Shown: positions 1-13,700 of the stretch, piece after piece
Position numbering within the stretch: the stretch's first letter is position 1
Layout: every line of letters begins with the position of its first letter
Assembly (NCBI GenBank): GCA_002269645.1
Contig: NIVC01000082.1
Span: 372,001-436,000, forward strand
From: Macrostomum lignano
Lineage: Eukaryota
Direction of reading: 5' to 3'
Length of the DNA stretch: 64,000 nt
Notes under the pieces: model-generated
What the model was told of the DNA's origin: nothing
Database searches by the model: none
The model's input: only the letters and a program-made list of their open reading frames with translations
Translations under genes and position numbers: made by a program

Positions 1-602
1 GCACGCTGCCTTCGGGTCCCAGCGTTAATCGCAGCTCCAATCTGAGATGAAGGATAGAAAAAAGATGGAAGAGGCCAAGCCTACCATCGAGAGTTCCTGA
101 TGCTGGGAGATTATTATGAAAGCCCGGGAATGAGAGGCGAAAAAGCAGACAACACAGAATAAGGCGGACTTGAAGCAATGTTTTTTGGGGCTTTTTTGGA
201 GGAGGGTGAGCTTTTTGAGTGGAGAACAATGTTTGAATGCCATGAATGCGCGGGGCATGGTTGGAGAAGCGAGGCGAGATGGGGAGCAAACTGGTTGGGA
301 ATACCAGGTAGACACAGTGGCGCCACCGCCCGACCCGTTTGACTCAGCTTAGCTATGAGAGATTCTCATTAACAATGCCCCCCGCCTTTGTGCCCGATCT
401 GCGACCTGCCCCCCCCCACTTTGCTCGCTCAAAAACCAGCTGTGAGAAACCTTAGACGGTTTCGTTCGCTCTCTCGTGAAGCATTGTTATCGATTGGCTG
501 ACTGGCGCTTGTGTCGCTCGGCTATTGTTGCTTTTTAACTGGGGCGATTCTGCTTTTTTGGACCTTGATTAGAGCTTTAATAAGCAGAGCTGTTGCTTGC
601 CG

Positions 603-603
603 G

Positions 604-638
<35 letters not shown>

Positions 639-651
639 GTGTCTGTCCGTG

Positions 652-734
<83 letters not shown>

Positions 735-735
735 G

Positions 736-786
<51 letters not shown>

Positions 787-787
787 G

Positions 788-834
<47 letters not shown>

Positions 835-858
835 GTCTGTCTGTCTGTCTGTCTGTCT
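603..858. repeat. (GTCT)n microsatellite
   Basis: Direct tandem GTCT with GTGT interruptions. Confidence 0.95.
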
Positions 859-1309
859 TAGTGTCTTTCTGTCCGTTTGTGTTGTCTGTCTCTTTCGTCG
901 GTTACCATTTTCTCTAGCTGGAAGCCCCCCTCTTTAGACCATTGAATCTTCTCAAACTCAACACCATAAAACCGCAGACAACTTGAGAGCACACTCCAAC
1001 ACTCGTCGCCCCATTGAGCCCCAACCATTATCCACCCTAATGAGCAGGCATCCTCTAATGGCTGCTATTGGCAAATAGCAAATATCGGTTGAAGTGGGAT
1101 TGAGCCGCTCTCCAGTTTTAATGCAACGTACCGCCCGAGGCTAAAAGGCTACAACATAAAACGAATCAATTAAAAGTATTGTTGACACTGCTTTTTAAGT
1201 GATGCAAAACCAGCTGTTATAAAATGTGATTTTAAAAATAAATCTTTAGAATTTGAACACCCAATAACTTGATAATAGCTATATGTAATAGTTTCTTATT
1301 ATCGGTATT

Positions 1310-1690
1310 ACATTTGACTATGAATCATTCAGTGCAGTGTACATTAGACTATGACTCATTCTGTGTAATTTTTATTTGGCAATGACTTATTCTGTGCAAT
1401 GTACATTAGGCTATAACTCATTCTGTGTACTGTACATTTGATATGACTCATTATGTGTGCTGTAAATTTGATATGACTCATTCTGTGTACTGTACATTTG
1501 ATATGACTCATTCTGTGTACTGTACATTTGATATGAATCATTCTGTTTACTGTACATTTGATATGACTCATTCAGTGTACTGTACATTTGATGACTCATT
1601 CTGTGTACTGTACATTTGATATGACTCATTCTGTGTACTGTACATTTGATACGACTCATTCTGTGTACTGTAAATTTGACAATGACTCAT
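1310..1690. repeat. 30-bp minisatellite containing TGACTCA (AP-1 consensus)
   Basis: Unit TGACTCATTCTGTGTACTGTACATTTGATA, about 12 units. Confidence 0.92.
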
Positions 1691-1762
1691 ATAGCTAACA
1701 TAAGCTCCAAGTTCTCGCCTAAACTAGACAGAAAAAAACAAATTACCAAATTTCTTCTGCAG

Positions 1763-4700
1763 AGCCGCCAACCGCTCCAAAAGACGCCCTGGTGTTGGAG
1801 AATAACCCTAACAGAGTTGTGCTCAGCTGGTCACCGCCTGAGTACACGGGCGGTCGGAACGACACCCGGTATGTCGTCGAATGCGTCGACTGCGGCGGCG
1901 CCAGGCTGGTGTACGAGCCAGCCAGCTCGCTCACGGACCGGCAGGTCACGGTTCGCGGCCTGCAGCCAGAGACGGCTTACACCTTTCGAATATTTGCTCT
2001 GAACGGCGTCTCTGAGGTTGCTATGGCGACTAAGCTGGCTTGGAAGTCGGTCAGCTTGCGAACTGGGGCGGCTAGTGAGTTGGGACTGGAGGGTAGAGAC
2101 TGGGGGAGAAAGGGTAAAGACTGGGGGAGAGAGGGTAGAGACCGGGTGAGAGAGGGTAGAGACTGGGGGAGAGAGAGGGTAGAGACTGGGGGAGAGAGAG
2201 GGTAGAGACTGGGGGAGAGAGTGGGTAGAGACCGGGTGAGAGAGTGGGTAGAGACCGGGTGAGAGAGGGTAGAGACTGGGGGAGAGAGAGGGTAGAGACC
2301 GGGTGAGAGAGGGTAGAGACCGGGTGAGAGAGGGTAGAAACTGGGTGAGAGAGTGGGTAGAGACCGGGTGAGAGAGGGTAGAGACCGGGTGAGAGAGGGT
2401 AGAAACTGGGTGAGAGAGGGTAGAGACCGGGAGAGAGAGGGTAGAAACTGGGTGAGAGAGGGTAGAGACCGGGTGAGAGAGGGTAGAGACTGGGGGAGAG
2501 AGAGGGTAGAGACCGGGTGAGAGAGGGTAGAGACTGGGGGAGAGAGAGGGTAGAGACCGGGTGAGAGAGGTTAGGAAAGTTAGGAGATCAAACGAGTTGA
2601 GAGGAGTCGATTAAGAATGATTGCGCAACAACTCACATTTGCAGCTCCCAGCAAGCCGAGCTCAATCACGGTGAAGATTGAAAGCTCAGCATCAGTTCGA
2701 GTCAGCTGGTCGAGCAGTGACACGCTGGGCGGCGGCGGCGCTACCGAATACGAGCTCAAATTCGGCGAGCAACTTGACCCCACAAAGAGCACCTCGTACT
2801 ACACCGCAGCTGATGAGTACCTGCTCACTGGCCTGACCCAGGGCGTCACGTATATGCTTCAGGTGAGTTTTCAGTCTAAAAATCTTCTCTGATGAACATC
2901 GATTTTTTACATCTTTACTACGAGTAGAATAGAGAATCGTCCTTTAGCACTCCAAGAAAATCGCCGTCAATATTTCCTAGAAAATGTACCTTTAACTTTC
3001 CGAGAAGTTGCTTCTGAAATTTTATAAAAAATCGCCTTTTAACTTTCCTATAAAATCGCCTTGTAGATTTCTTAGAAAATTTATTTTTCTTAGAAAATAG
3101 TCCTCTACTTTTCCGAAAATTTGCCACTGAAGTTTCCTAGAAATTCTCTTTTTAACTTTCCAAGAAGTTGCGTTTAAAATTTTCTACAAAATGCGCTTCT
3201 TTCCTATAAAAGACTTTCCTATAAAATCGTCGTCTAGATTTCATGGAAAATCCCCCTTACTAGTTTTCCTAGAAAATCTCCCTTTAAAGTTCCGAGAAAT
3301 TGCTTTTGAAATAAAAATCGTTTTTTAGCTTTCCTAGAAAATAGCCTTTCAACTTTCCTAGAAAATCGCCTTTCAGCTTTCCTAGAAAATCGCCTTTCAG
3401 CTTTCCTAGAAAATCGCCTTTCAACTTTCCTAGAAAATCGCCTTTCAGCTTTCCTAGAAAAACGCCTTTCAGCTTTCCTAGAAAATCGCCTTTCAACTTT
3501 CCTAGAAAATCGCCTTTCAGCTTTCCTAGAAAATCGCCTTTCAACTTTCCTAGAAAATCGCCTTTCAGCTTTCCTAGAAAATCGCCTTTCAGCTTTCCTA
3601 GAAAATCGCCTTTCAGCTTTCCTAGAAAATTGCCCTCCAACTTTATAGATAAGTGATTAGATATTATAGTTAGTTATTTCTCAACCAATTAAACCTTACC
3701 GCGTCATAATAATTGGTTTGAGCGCGCGAAAATTACAGCGATCAGGTTCTTACCGCCCGCTGTGCGAGCGCTACCTGCTGTTCGAAAGATTTAATTAAAC
3801 AATAAAGTCTAATTGGTGCGAGTCTATAAAACAGCCTTTTGTGCCCGCCTTACGTTTCGTATTTTTTAATTGGACCAGCTAAACAGAAAGATGTGAGCAG
3901 GGAGTGGGTGACCACCCGCAGTGCAAGCCGCCCTTTCATTACATCACCTCCTAGTGCCCACTTAATCGCTTTTTCCTGTGTGCCTGTCTGTCTGTCCGTG
4001 TGTGTGCTGAAACAAAATTTTTAATTTTTATTTCACAAATTTGGAATAAGAGTGTCCAATCCATCGTCATATGAATAAGATAAGCATCTATCTTTTCTGC
4101 TAGTTCTGTTTGAACTTTTTAGAGAACATTATGAGTGTTGGGTTTTAAAAAAATAATTTTTAAATCATTTTTTGACCTTGTGAAGCTTTTTTATTTTTTA
4201 AGTTTGGGTGAGAAGAGAGAGTAGAGAATGGGGGAAAGAGGTTAGAGAATGGAAGAGAGAGGGTAGAGAATGGGGGAGAGAGGGTAGTGGATGGGGGAGA
4301 GTGGGTAGAGACTAGGGAGAGTGGGTAGAGACTGGGGAGAGTGGGTAGAGACTAGGGAGAGAGGGTAGAGACTAGGGAGAGAGGGTAGAGACTAGAGAGA
4401 GTGGGTAGAGACTAGGGAGAGTGGGAGGAGACTAGGGAGAGTGGGTAGAGACTAGGGAGAGTGGGTAGAGACTAGGGAGAGAGGGTAGAGACTAGGGAGA
4501 GAGGTAGAGACTGGAGAGAGTGGGTAGAGGCTGGGGAGAGTGGGTAGAGACTGGGGAGAGAGGGTAGAGACTAGGGAGAGTGGGTAGAGACTAGGGAGAG
4601 TGGGTAGAGACTAGGGAGAGAGGGTAGAGACTAGGGAAAGTGGGTAGAGACTAGGGAGAGTGGGTAGAGACTAGGGAGAGTGGGTAGAGACTAGGGAGAG

Positions 4701-7700
4701 TGGGTAGAGACTAGGGAGAGTGGGTAGAGACTAGGGAGAGTGGGTAGAGACTAGGGAGAGTGGGTAGAGACTAGGGAGAGAGGGTAGAGACGAGAGAGAG
4801 TGGGTAGAGACTAGGGAGAGTGGGTAGAGACTGGGTAGAGACTGGGGAGAGTCAAGGTCTTCGAGGTGAAATAAAATTGATGATATTTCTGTTACATGAC
4901 AGATCTGTTTCATCTCTCGCTAATTTCCAGATTCGAGCTCGGAACTCCTACGGATGGGGTGAATTCAGTGATGCAGTGTCAATCAACACTCTCATACCTT
5001 CGAGACGTGAGTCAAAACCTAATTAACTAAATATGTTTCAATTTTTTTAGAAATTATTTTCTAAATTGTTAAACAAAGAAAATTGTTAAAATCTTTATTT
5101 TAAGCCATTGTCGCCTATGACTATGAGTCATATTTAATTACCAGAGTCTTAATAAAAAATCGAGAACGCTAGAATAATGATTTTGGATTTGCTGATTTTC
5201 TGTCAGCTTTTGCCATTTTTTTGTGGTTTATAACACCAACTCCCCTAGCACACGAAGTTTCACTTCTACGAGCGTAAGTCATAAATTCGTCATCACTGAA
5301 AGCCGAGGCCGTTGAACATTGCGATTATATTGGATTATTGCTATAGAATTTTGCGTTTTCAGTGTTTTTTATGAGAAATAATTAAAAAGTAACGACAGAA
5401 CGCGGCAGGCAGACAGACAAGGTTTGGTCCAGTGTGTGAGGTTTAGCGAATTGCCGATTGATGAATTGCTTTCAAAGCTTGCAGACTGGTTTACGAGTAT
5501 AACTGGGTTACCGTAACTTGTGGGTTTGTTTAGATATGCGAAATTAGCGGCTTGTGTAACTGGATTGTGGAATTTTGCTTCTCTCGCTCCATACCCTCCT
5601 TCTCCCCTCTCCTTCCATACCCTCCTTCTCCCCTCTCCTTCCATACCCTCCTTCTCCCCTCTCCTTCCATACCCTCCTCCCCTCTCCTTCCATACCCTCC
5701 TTCTCCCCTCTCCTTCCATACCCTCCTTCTCCCCTCTCCTTCCATACCCTCCTTCTCCCCTCTCCTTCCATACCCTCCTCCCCTCTCCTTCCATACCCTC
5801 CTTCTCCCCTCTCCTTCCATACCCTCCTTCTCCCCTCTCCTTCCATACCCTCCTTCTCCCCTCTCCTTCCATACCCTCCTTCTCCCCTCTCCTTCCATAC
5901 CCTCCTTCTCCCCTCTCCTTCCATACCCTCCTTCTCCCCTCTCCTTCCATACCCTCCTTCTCCCCTCTCCTTCCATACCCTCCTTCTCCCCTCTCCTTCC
6001 ATACCCTCCTTCTCTCCTCTCCTTCCATACCCTCCTTCTCCCCTCTCCTTCCATACCCTCCTTCTCTCCTCTACTTCCATACCCTCCTTCTCCCCTCTCC
6101 TTCCATACCCTCCTTCTCTCCTCTACTTCCATACCCTCCTTCTCCCCTCTCCTTCCATACCCTCCTTCTCCCCTCTCCTTCCATACCCTCCTTCTCCCCT
6201 CTCCTTCTCCCCTCTCCTTCTCCCCTCTCCTTCTCCCCTTTCTTTCTCTTTCTCTTTGTCTCCCTCCCTCTCCTCATATTCTCCATTTCTAACTTTTTTC
6301 AACTCCTCACCAGCTGATACAAAAAACTGCTTGACCAAAAAAGTCTGCAAAAGCAAAGCATCAAGTAGAAGCAGAATGGCAAGCAGAAGGACAAAGCCAC
6401 GTGTGTCAAATTAATTTCATCAGTTTTTTAAACCCCGAGACTCAGAACCGGGGCTTGTGGCCCCGCCACTGGCGGAGCCAGATTAATTAAATCTGTGATG
6501 CAGTTTTATTATGTTTAGAACTAATGACATGCCGCCATATGCTTACATGCCCATCAATATTGTATGGCTATCCCGCATCTATGTGTGTCTGTTTGTCCAA
6601 ATTTTGTGCCCCTTTCGAGCTCGCTAATTAAATTCTCTTTCGTTTGTTTCCTGGAAAAATAACTTTATATAAATTTGTGCAATTTTTATTTTCTCACAGC
6701 CGAAAATCTTGGCGGAACTGGCGCCACGGATAGCGGCGCTGGAAATGGCGCCGGAAATGGCGCCAACGTTAATATCATAATTGGCGCTGTGGTGGCGGTG
6801 CTATTGTGCCTAGTCATTGTCCTGACTATGATCATACTCATGAGCCGGCGGGGTCATTTGCTGCCGTTTGGAAGGTGAGCTGTCTACCGTCTACCAATCT
6901 GCCTACCCAACTGTCTACCAATTTGCCTACCCCACTGTCTACCAATGTGCCTACCCAACTGTCTACCAATTTTCCTACCCAACTGTCTACCAATGTGCCT
7001 ACCCAACTGTCTACCAATCTGCCTGCCCAACTGTCTACCAATCTGCCCCTACCCAACTGTCTACCAATCTACCTACCCAACTGTCTACCAATCTGCCTAC
7101 CCAACTGTCTACCAATCTACCCCTACCCAATTGTCTACCAATCTGCCTACCCAACTGTCTACCAATCTGCCCCTACCCAATTATCTAACAATCTGCCCCT
7201 ACCCATCTACCAATCTACCTACCCAACTGTCTACCAATCTACCTACCCAACTGTCTACCAATCTGCCTACCCAACTGACTACTAATCTGCCTAACCCACT
7301 AACTACCCAACCAATAAGCTACCTAAACTAACAGCTGTCACACCAAAAAGATTCAAACCTATTCCTTATCAATAGGGACAAAATCATTACTGTTATCACT
7401 TTGAACTAATTCCAATCCTATCTATCAATCTATCAGTGCTCATCGAAGCGCACACACATTCTCTCTCTCTCTCTCTGTGTCCGAGAATTGGACGAAATAG
7501 AAAAATAGATTAGATTTTGTGCCGAAATGCGGCAACGAACGAACGAGCGCAGGCATTTGGTTAACAATTTATCGCGAGGTCAAAGCAAGACTTGCCCAAG
7601 CCCTATGCTGGCTACCGCTGACCATTGATGATGCAACCGGACCTTATACATACACCCGCTCTCTACCCTCTGCATCGTACCCTCCTGGGCCCCTGATTTT

Positions 7701-10700
7701 TAATTAACTTCTCTTCTGCCAAATAAAGACAGCGGAGATTTCGATTGAGTTTGATCTGGTGAAATAATTCTTTGATAGACTTCTTCTATCTGTCTGCCAG
7801 TCTGTCTTAGCGTCCTCTTGTGTTCTCTATCGGTTTCTTCTCTAATCTTCCTCTCCGACTCCTATACTATCTCTGACTCGATCTGCTCTATCCCTATCAT
7901 ATCTCTGCCTCTCACATCTACCCCTCTCTTTTCTACCCCTCTCCTCTCTTCTCTCTCCCTCTCATCTCTCACTCTCTTCTCTACCTCTCTCGTCTCTCCC
8001 TCTCATCTCTCTTCCTCTATTTCTACCCCTCTCATCTCTCTCCCTCTCTTCTCTACACCTCTCCTCTCTCTCCCTCTCATCTCTCACTCTCTTCTCTACC
8101 CCTCTCTTCTCTACCCCTCTCCTCTCTCTCCCTCTCCTCTCTCACTCTCTTCTCTACCCCTCTCATCTCTACCCCTCTCCTCTCTACCCTTCTCCTTTCT
8201 CTCCATCTCCTCTCTCACTCTCTTCTCTACCCCTCTCTTCTCTACCCCTCTCCTCTCTCTCCCTCTCCTCTCTCACTCTCTTCTCTACCCTCTCTTCTCT
8301 ACCCCTCTCCTCTCTCTCCCTCTCATCTCTCACTCTCTTCTCTACCCCTCTCTTCTCTACCCCTCTCCTCTCTCTCCCTCTCCTCTCTCACTCTCTTCTC
8401 TACCCCTCTCTTCTCTACCCCTCTCCTCTCTCTCCCTCTCATCTCTCACTCTCTTCTCTACCCCTCTCTTCTCTACCCCTCTCCTCTCTCTCCCTCTCAT
8501 CTCTCACTCTCTTCTCTACCCCTCTCTTCTCTACCCCTCTCCTCTCTCTCCCTCTCATCTCTCACTCTCTTCTCTACCCCTCTCTTCTCTACCCCTCTCC
8601 TCTCTCTCCCTCTCATCTCTCACTCTCTTCTCTCTCTTCCTCTCATCTCTACCCCTCTCCTCTCTCTCCCTCTCATCTCTCACTCTCTTCTCTCTCTTCC
8701 TCTCATTTCTACCCCTCTCCTCTCTCTTCCTCTCATTTCTACCCATCTCCTCTCTCCCTCTATCTGTACCCCTCTCCTCTCTACTCTCTCATATCTCTTC
8801 TTTCTACCCCTTTCCCATGCCTGTCATCTACTCCAACTTCTCTACTAAATTAAGCCCCTCACTAAATTGCTTTTCCCGTTTCGCAGAAAGCTGATGACAG
8901 GCGATAAAGCATCGCAAGGTGGCGCCAACTCAGGCGGCGCCGCATCCTCGGCGCTGGACTGCAACATGCTGCCCTATAGCAACAGTGAGTAACAATTGTG
9001 TGCAATTAGCTTTTAGCTTAGTCCTGTATATAGACGATGGTTAAGCTTGCCGATATGTTGCGTAGTTAATATATAAAATGCACTTAGTGTCTATCGCTGT
9101 CTGTTCGCTTCTGCAGGCGCCTGCTCTCTGGCTTATGCTGCTAGGGGTTCTAGTAAGTCAATGTATCAATTTATAAGCGGCATTGGTTACTGTCCAATTT
9201 ATATGTAGCAATTTCATGCCGGTACTGTTTGGTCGTTGTTTGCATATGTAATAATGCTTAAGCATCATCAAGTTATTTGTTGTTTGTTCGTGTATTACCA
9301 TACATTTTTTGAATTTTCTTGTAGTAAAAAGTTTATTATTGATTGTGGTTAGGTAAGTGTAGATTGGAGTGAGGTGGGTGTAGATTGGAGTAGGGTTGGG
9401 TGTAGATTTAAGTGAGGTGGGTGCAGATTGGAGTGAGGTGGGTGTAAATTGGAGTGAGGTGGATGTAGATTGGAGTGGGGTGGGTGTAACTTGGAGTGAG
9501 GTGGGTGTAGTTTGGAGTGAGGTGGTGCATATTGGAGTGGGGTGGGTGTAAATTGGAGTGAGGTGGATGTAGATTGGAGTGGGATGGGTGTAACTTGGAG
9601 TGAGGTGGATGTAGATTGGAGTGAGGTGGGTGTAAATTGGAGTGAGGTGGGTGTAGAATTGTAGTTAGGACGATTTTTCAAGTATCGTTATAAATTGTAA
9701 ACAAATACAATAAATAATAAATTCACTTTGATATTTATTACGGTGCAAAAGCAAAATTAAATGCAAAATATCAGTGTTACGATTACGATGTAGTGTTGCC
9801 TGTTGCTGCTGGAAAAGCCCTATTTAGCTCGTATGTAGTTCTCGGTCGATATCCGATTTATAATTCGTGCCATATTATTTTTCTTACCAAAACTTTTGTA
9901 ATGCAATTGTGCATCTTAACGACTAGTTATCTATCTATTTATCAACCAATTCAACTGCCAATTCAGCTACCAATCACTAATCAATCTTGCGACCAATCTA
10001 CCATCTATCTACCCATCCATCTACCCATCTATCTATCTACCCATCCATCTATCTACCCATCTATCTATCTACCCATCTATCTATCTACCCATCTATCTAC
10101 CCATCTATTTACCCATCTATCTACCCATTCATCTACTTATCTATCTATCTACCCATCTATCTACCCATCTATCTACTTATCTATCTATCTACCCATCTAT
10201 CTACCCATCCATCTACCCATCCATCTACCCATCTATCTATCTACCCATCTATCTATCTACCCATCTATCTACCCATCTATCTACCCATCTATCTACCCAT
10301 CTATCTATCTACCCATCTATCTATCTACCCATCTATCTATCTACCCATCTATCTATCTACCCATCTATCTATCTACCCATCTATCTATCTACCCATCTAT
10401 CTACCCATCCATCTACCCATCTATCTATCTACCCATCTATCTATCTACCCATCTATCTATCTATCTATCTATCTATCTACCCATCTATCTATCTACCCAT
10501 CTATCTACCCATCTATCTACCCATCTATCTACCCATCTTACACCCACCCCGCCGCCCTACAGTACCCCTGGGCCTGCATTTGCCGCAGCACCTGAAGTCC
10601 TACGTGGATCCTCACACCTACGAAGACCCCAGCCTAGCGCTGCAGGAGTTCGCTAAAGAGATCGACGCCTCCTGGATCGCCATCGAGTCCGTCTTGGGCG

Positions 10701-13700
10701 GCGGTGAATTCGGCGACGTCTGCAAAGGCCTTCTGACCGCGCCAGGGCGCGAGCCCCAGCCTGTTGCCGTGAAAACTCTGAAACCCGGCGCCTCGGATAA
10801 AAACAAGCTGGACTTTCTCACCGAGGCGTCGATAATGGGTCAGTTCGACGATCCAAACGTGATCTACCTGGAGGGCGTTGTCACTCGCAGTCACCCCAAC
10901 ATGATTGTGACCGAGTATATGGCCAACGGATCGTTGGACGTGTTCCTGAGGGTGAGAATTGTGTATTTATAAGGTCACGGTGCTCAAATAAGAGAGTCAG
11001 TTATGGCGCTAGAATGAGAATCAGTTATGGTGCTAGAATGAGAGTCAGTTGTGGTGCTAGAATGAGAGTCAGTTATGGTGCTAGAATGAGAGTCAGTTAT
11101 GGTGCTAGAATGAGAGTCAGTTATGGTGCTAGAATGAGAATCAGTTATGGTGCTAGAATGAGAGTCAGTTATGGCGCTAGAATGAGAATCAGTTATGGCG
11201 CTAGAATGAGAGTCAGTTATGGTGCTAGAATGAGAGTCAGTTATGGTGCTAGAATGAGAGTCAGATGGGGCGCTAGAATGAGAGTCAGTTATGGTGCTCG
11301 AATGAGAGTCAGTTATGGCGCTAGAATGAGAGTCAGTTATGGTGCTAGAATGAGAGTCAGATGGGGCGCTAGAATGAGAGTCAGATGGGGCGCTAGAATG
11401 AGAGTCAGATGGGGCGCTAGAATGAGAGTCAGATGGGGCGCTAGAATGAGAGTCAGTTATGGCGCTAGAATGAGAGCCAGATGGGGCGCTAGAATGAGAG
11501 TCAGATGGGGCGCTAGAATGAGAGTCAGTTATGGCGCTAGAATGAGAGCCAGATGGGGCGCTAGAATGAGAGTCAGCATTGGCGCAAAGTAGGACTAAGA
11601 GTCCCACCGCTTTCATGAACACTCTCTATCTCCCCCCCCCCCCCCAGTATCTCAATCGATTTGATTTCAACATTTGCCTTTACTAGTATTAAATTGTACG
11701 CAATACTCTGGGGCTGTTCTGGCTGGGTTTGGTTGCGTAATGCTCACTCATCTCCATAGCCTCCATCACTCTGATCCCCGATGTGTCTCGCCTCGAGTTT
11801 TAACAAGCTATTGTATAGAGCTGAGATGTGGAAGCGCAGAGAGACTGAAGCATGTGTATCGTCGATAGAAATGATCAACAAGCACCGCGCGTGTCTCTGG
11901 CGGTCTGTTGCTGTCTCCCCCCTCTCTCTCTTCCTCTCGCATCAATCATTAAGATCGTCTGGCCTCCAGGGAAAATCCTTCAATTCCCTATCTAGAGCGT
12001 CGAGTCGTATTATTCAAGGAATTCTAAAAGCAAATCGTATCTGGAAAGTGTTCACTCTTAGAAATTGCGAAAATCCTCGGTTTTGTACAAGTTGAGGTTA
12101 AGTGAAGCTTGGAGCTTGTGAAATCTCGAGCTTGTGAAATCTCGAGCTTGTGAAATCTCAAGCTTGTGAGCTCTCGAGCTTGTGAAATCTCGAGCTTGTG
12201 AAATCTCGAGCTTGTGAAATCTCGAGCTTGTGAAATCTCGAGCTTGTGAAATCTCCAGCTTGTGAAATCTCAAGCTTGTGAAATCTCGAGCTTGTGAAAT
12301 CTCGAGCTTGTGAAATCTCGAGCTTGTGAAATCTCAAGCTTGTGAGCTCTCGAGCTTGTGAAATCTCGAGCTTGTGAAATCTCGAGCTTGTGAAATCTCC
12401 AGCTTGTGAGCTCTCGAGCTTGTGAAATCTCGAGCTTGTGAAATCTCGAGCTTGTGAAATCTCGAGCTTGTGAAATCTCGAGCTTGTGAAGTTTCGAGCT
12501 TGTGAAATTTCGAGCTTGTGAAATCTCGAGCGTGTGAAGTTTTGAGCTTGTGAACTCTCGAGCTTGTGAAATCTCAAGCTTGTGAAATCTCAAGCTTGTG
12601 AAATCTCAAGCTTGTGAAATCTCAAGCTTGTGAAATCTCGAGCTTGTGAAATTTCGAGCTTGTGAAGTTTTGAGCTTGTGAAATCTCGAGCTTGTGAAAT
12701 CTCGAGCTTGTGAAATTTCGAGCTTGTGAAATCTCGAGCTTGTGAAATCTCGAGCTTGTGAAAGCGATCCATTTCCAGGATGGTTAAGAATTGAAAATCC
12801 AAATTCTAGGCCTAGAACTCCTTGCCATACCCAGACCGACTTGAGGAATAACGAGCGAGAGATTCCTTCCTGGTCTTAGCGTGGCTATTCGTTAATTTTT
12901 TAATAGTCAATTATGCCTTAATTCTCTTGTCTGCCTTCGCTGGCCTCATTTTGGCCGTCTGACCGGCTTTCTCATCAATTTCCTTTTGACAGGCCAGGCT
13001 CTTCACTGAGCAATGATGGAACGGCGATCCAGTGTCCTTACTGAATCTTCTGTATAGTTATAGTTAGAAGAAGATAGCTATATTATTGGAGCTGCGCGTT
13101 CTGTGCATGAGTGGGGGTATTTATGCTTGTAAAGAATATTATGCTATGGAAGACTTATATTGCGCGCAGTTAAGAGGGAGGGCAATGTAGACAGTAGAAT
13201 ATAGAAAATATAGAAATATAGAAACTCTACCCACAAACTCTACTCCATACTCTACCCAATGCTCCATCCCAAACTCTACCCTAAACTCTACCCTAAACTC
13301 TACCCCAAACCTACCCAGAAACTCTACTCCATACCCTACCCAAAATCTACCCACAGAATCTACTCCATACCCTACCCAAAATCTACCCACAGACTCTACT
13401 CCATACCCTACCCAAAATCTACCCACAGAATCTACTCCATACCCTACCCAAAATTTACCCACAAACTCTACTCCATACTCTACCCAATGCTCCATCCCAA
13501 ACTCTACCCTAAACTCTACCCTAAACTCTACCCCAAACCTACCCAGAAACTCTACTCCATACCCTACCCAAAATCTACCCACAGAATCTACTCCATACCC
13601 TACCCAAAATCTACCTACAAACTCTACTCCATACCCTACCCAAAATCTACCCACAGACTCTACTCCATACCCTACCCAAAATCTACCCACAGAATCTACT

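Noticed and set aside
1-520. GC-balanced unique block as a possible Eph Cys-rich or ligand-binding exon
   Set aside because: All plus frames contain stops or lack the Cys pattern; no recognisable product on either strand.
10995-12762. MYB/E-box (CAGTTA, CAGATG) and C/EBP-like (TTGTGAAAT) matches in two Eph intron arrays
   Set aside because: Motifs are too short or degenerate to distinguish from chance without a null model.
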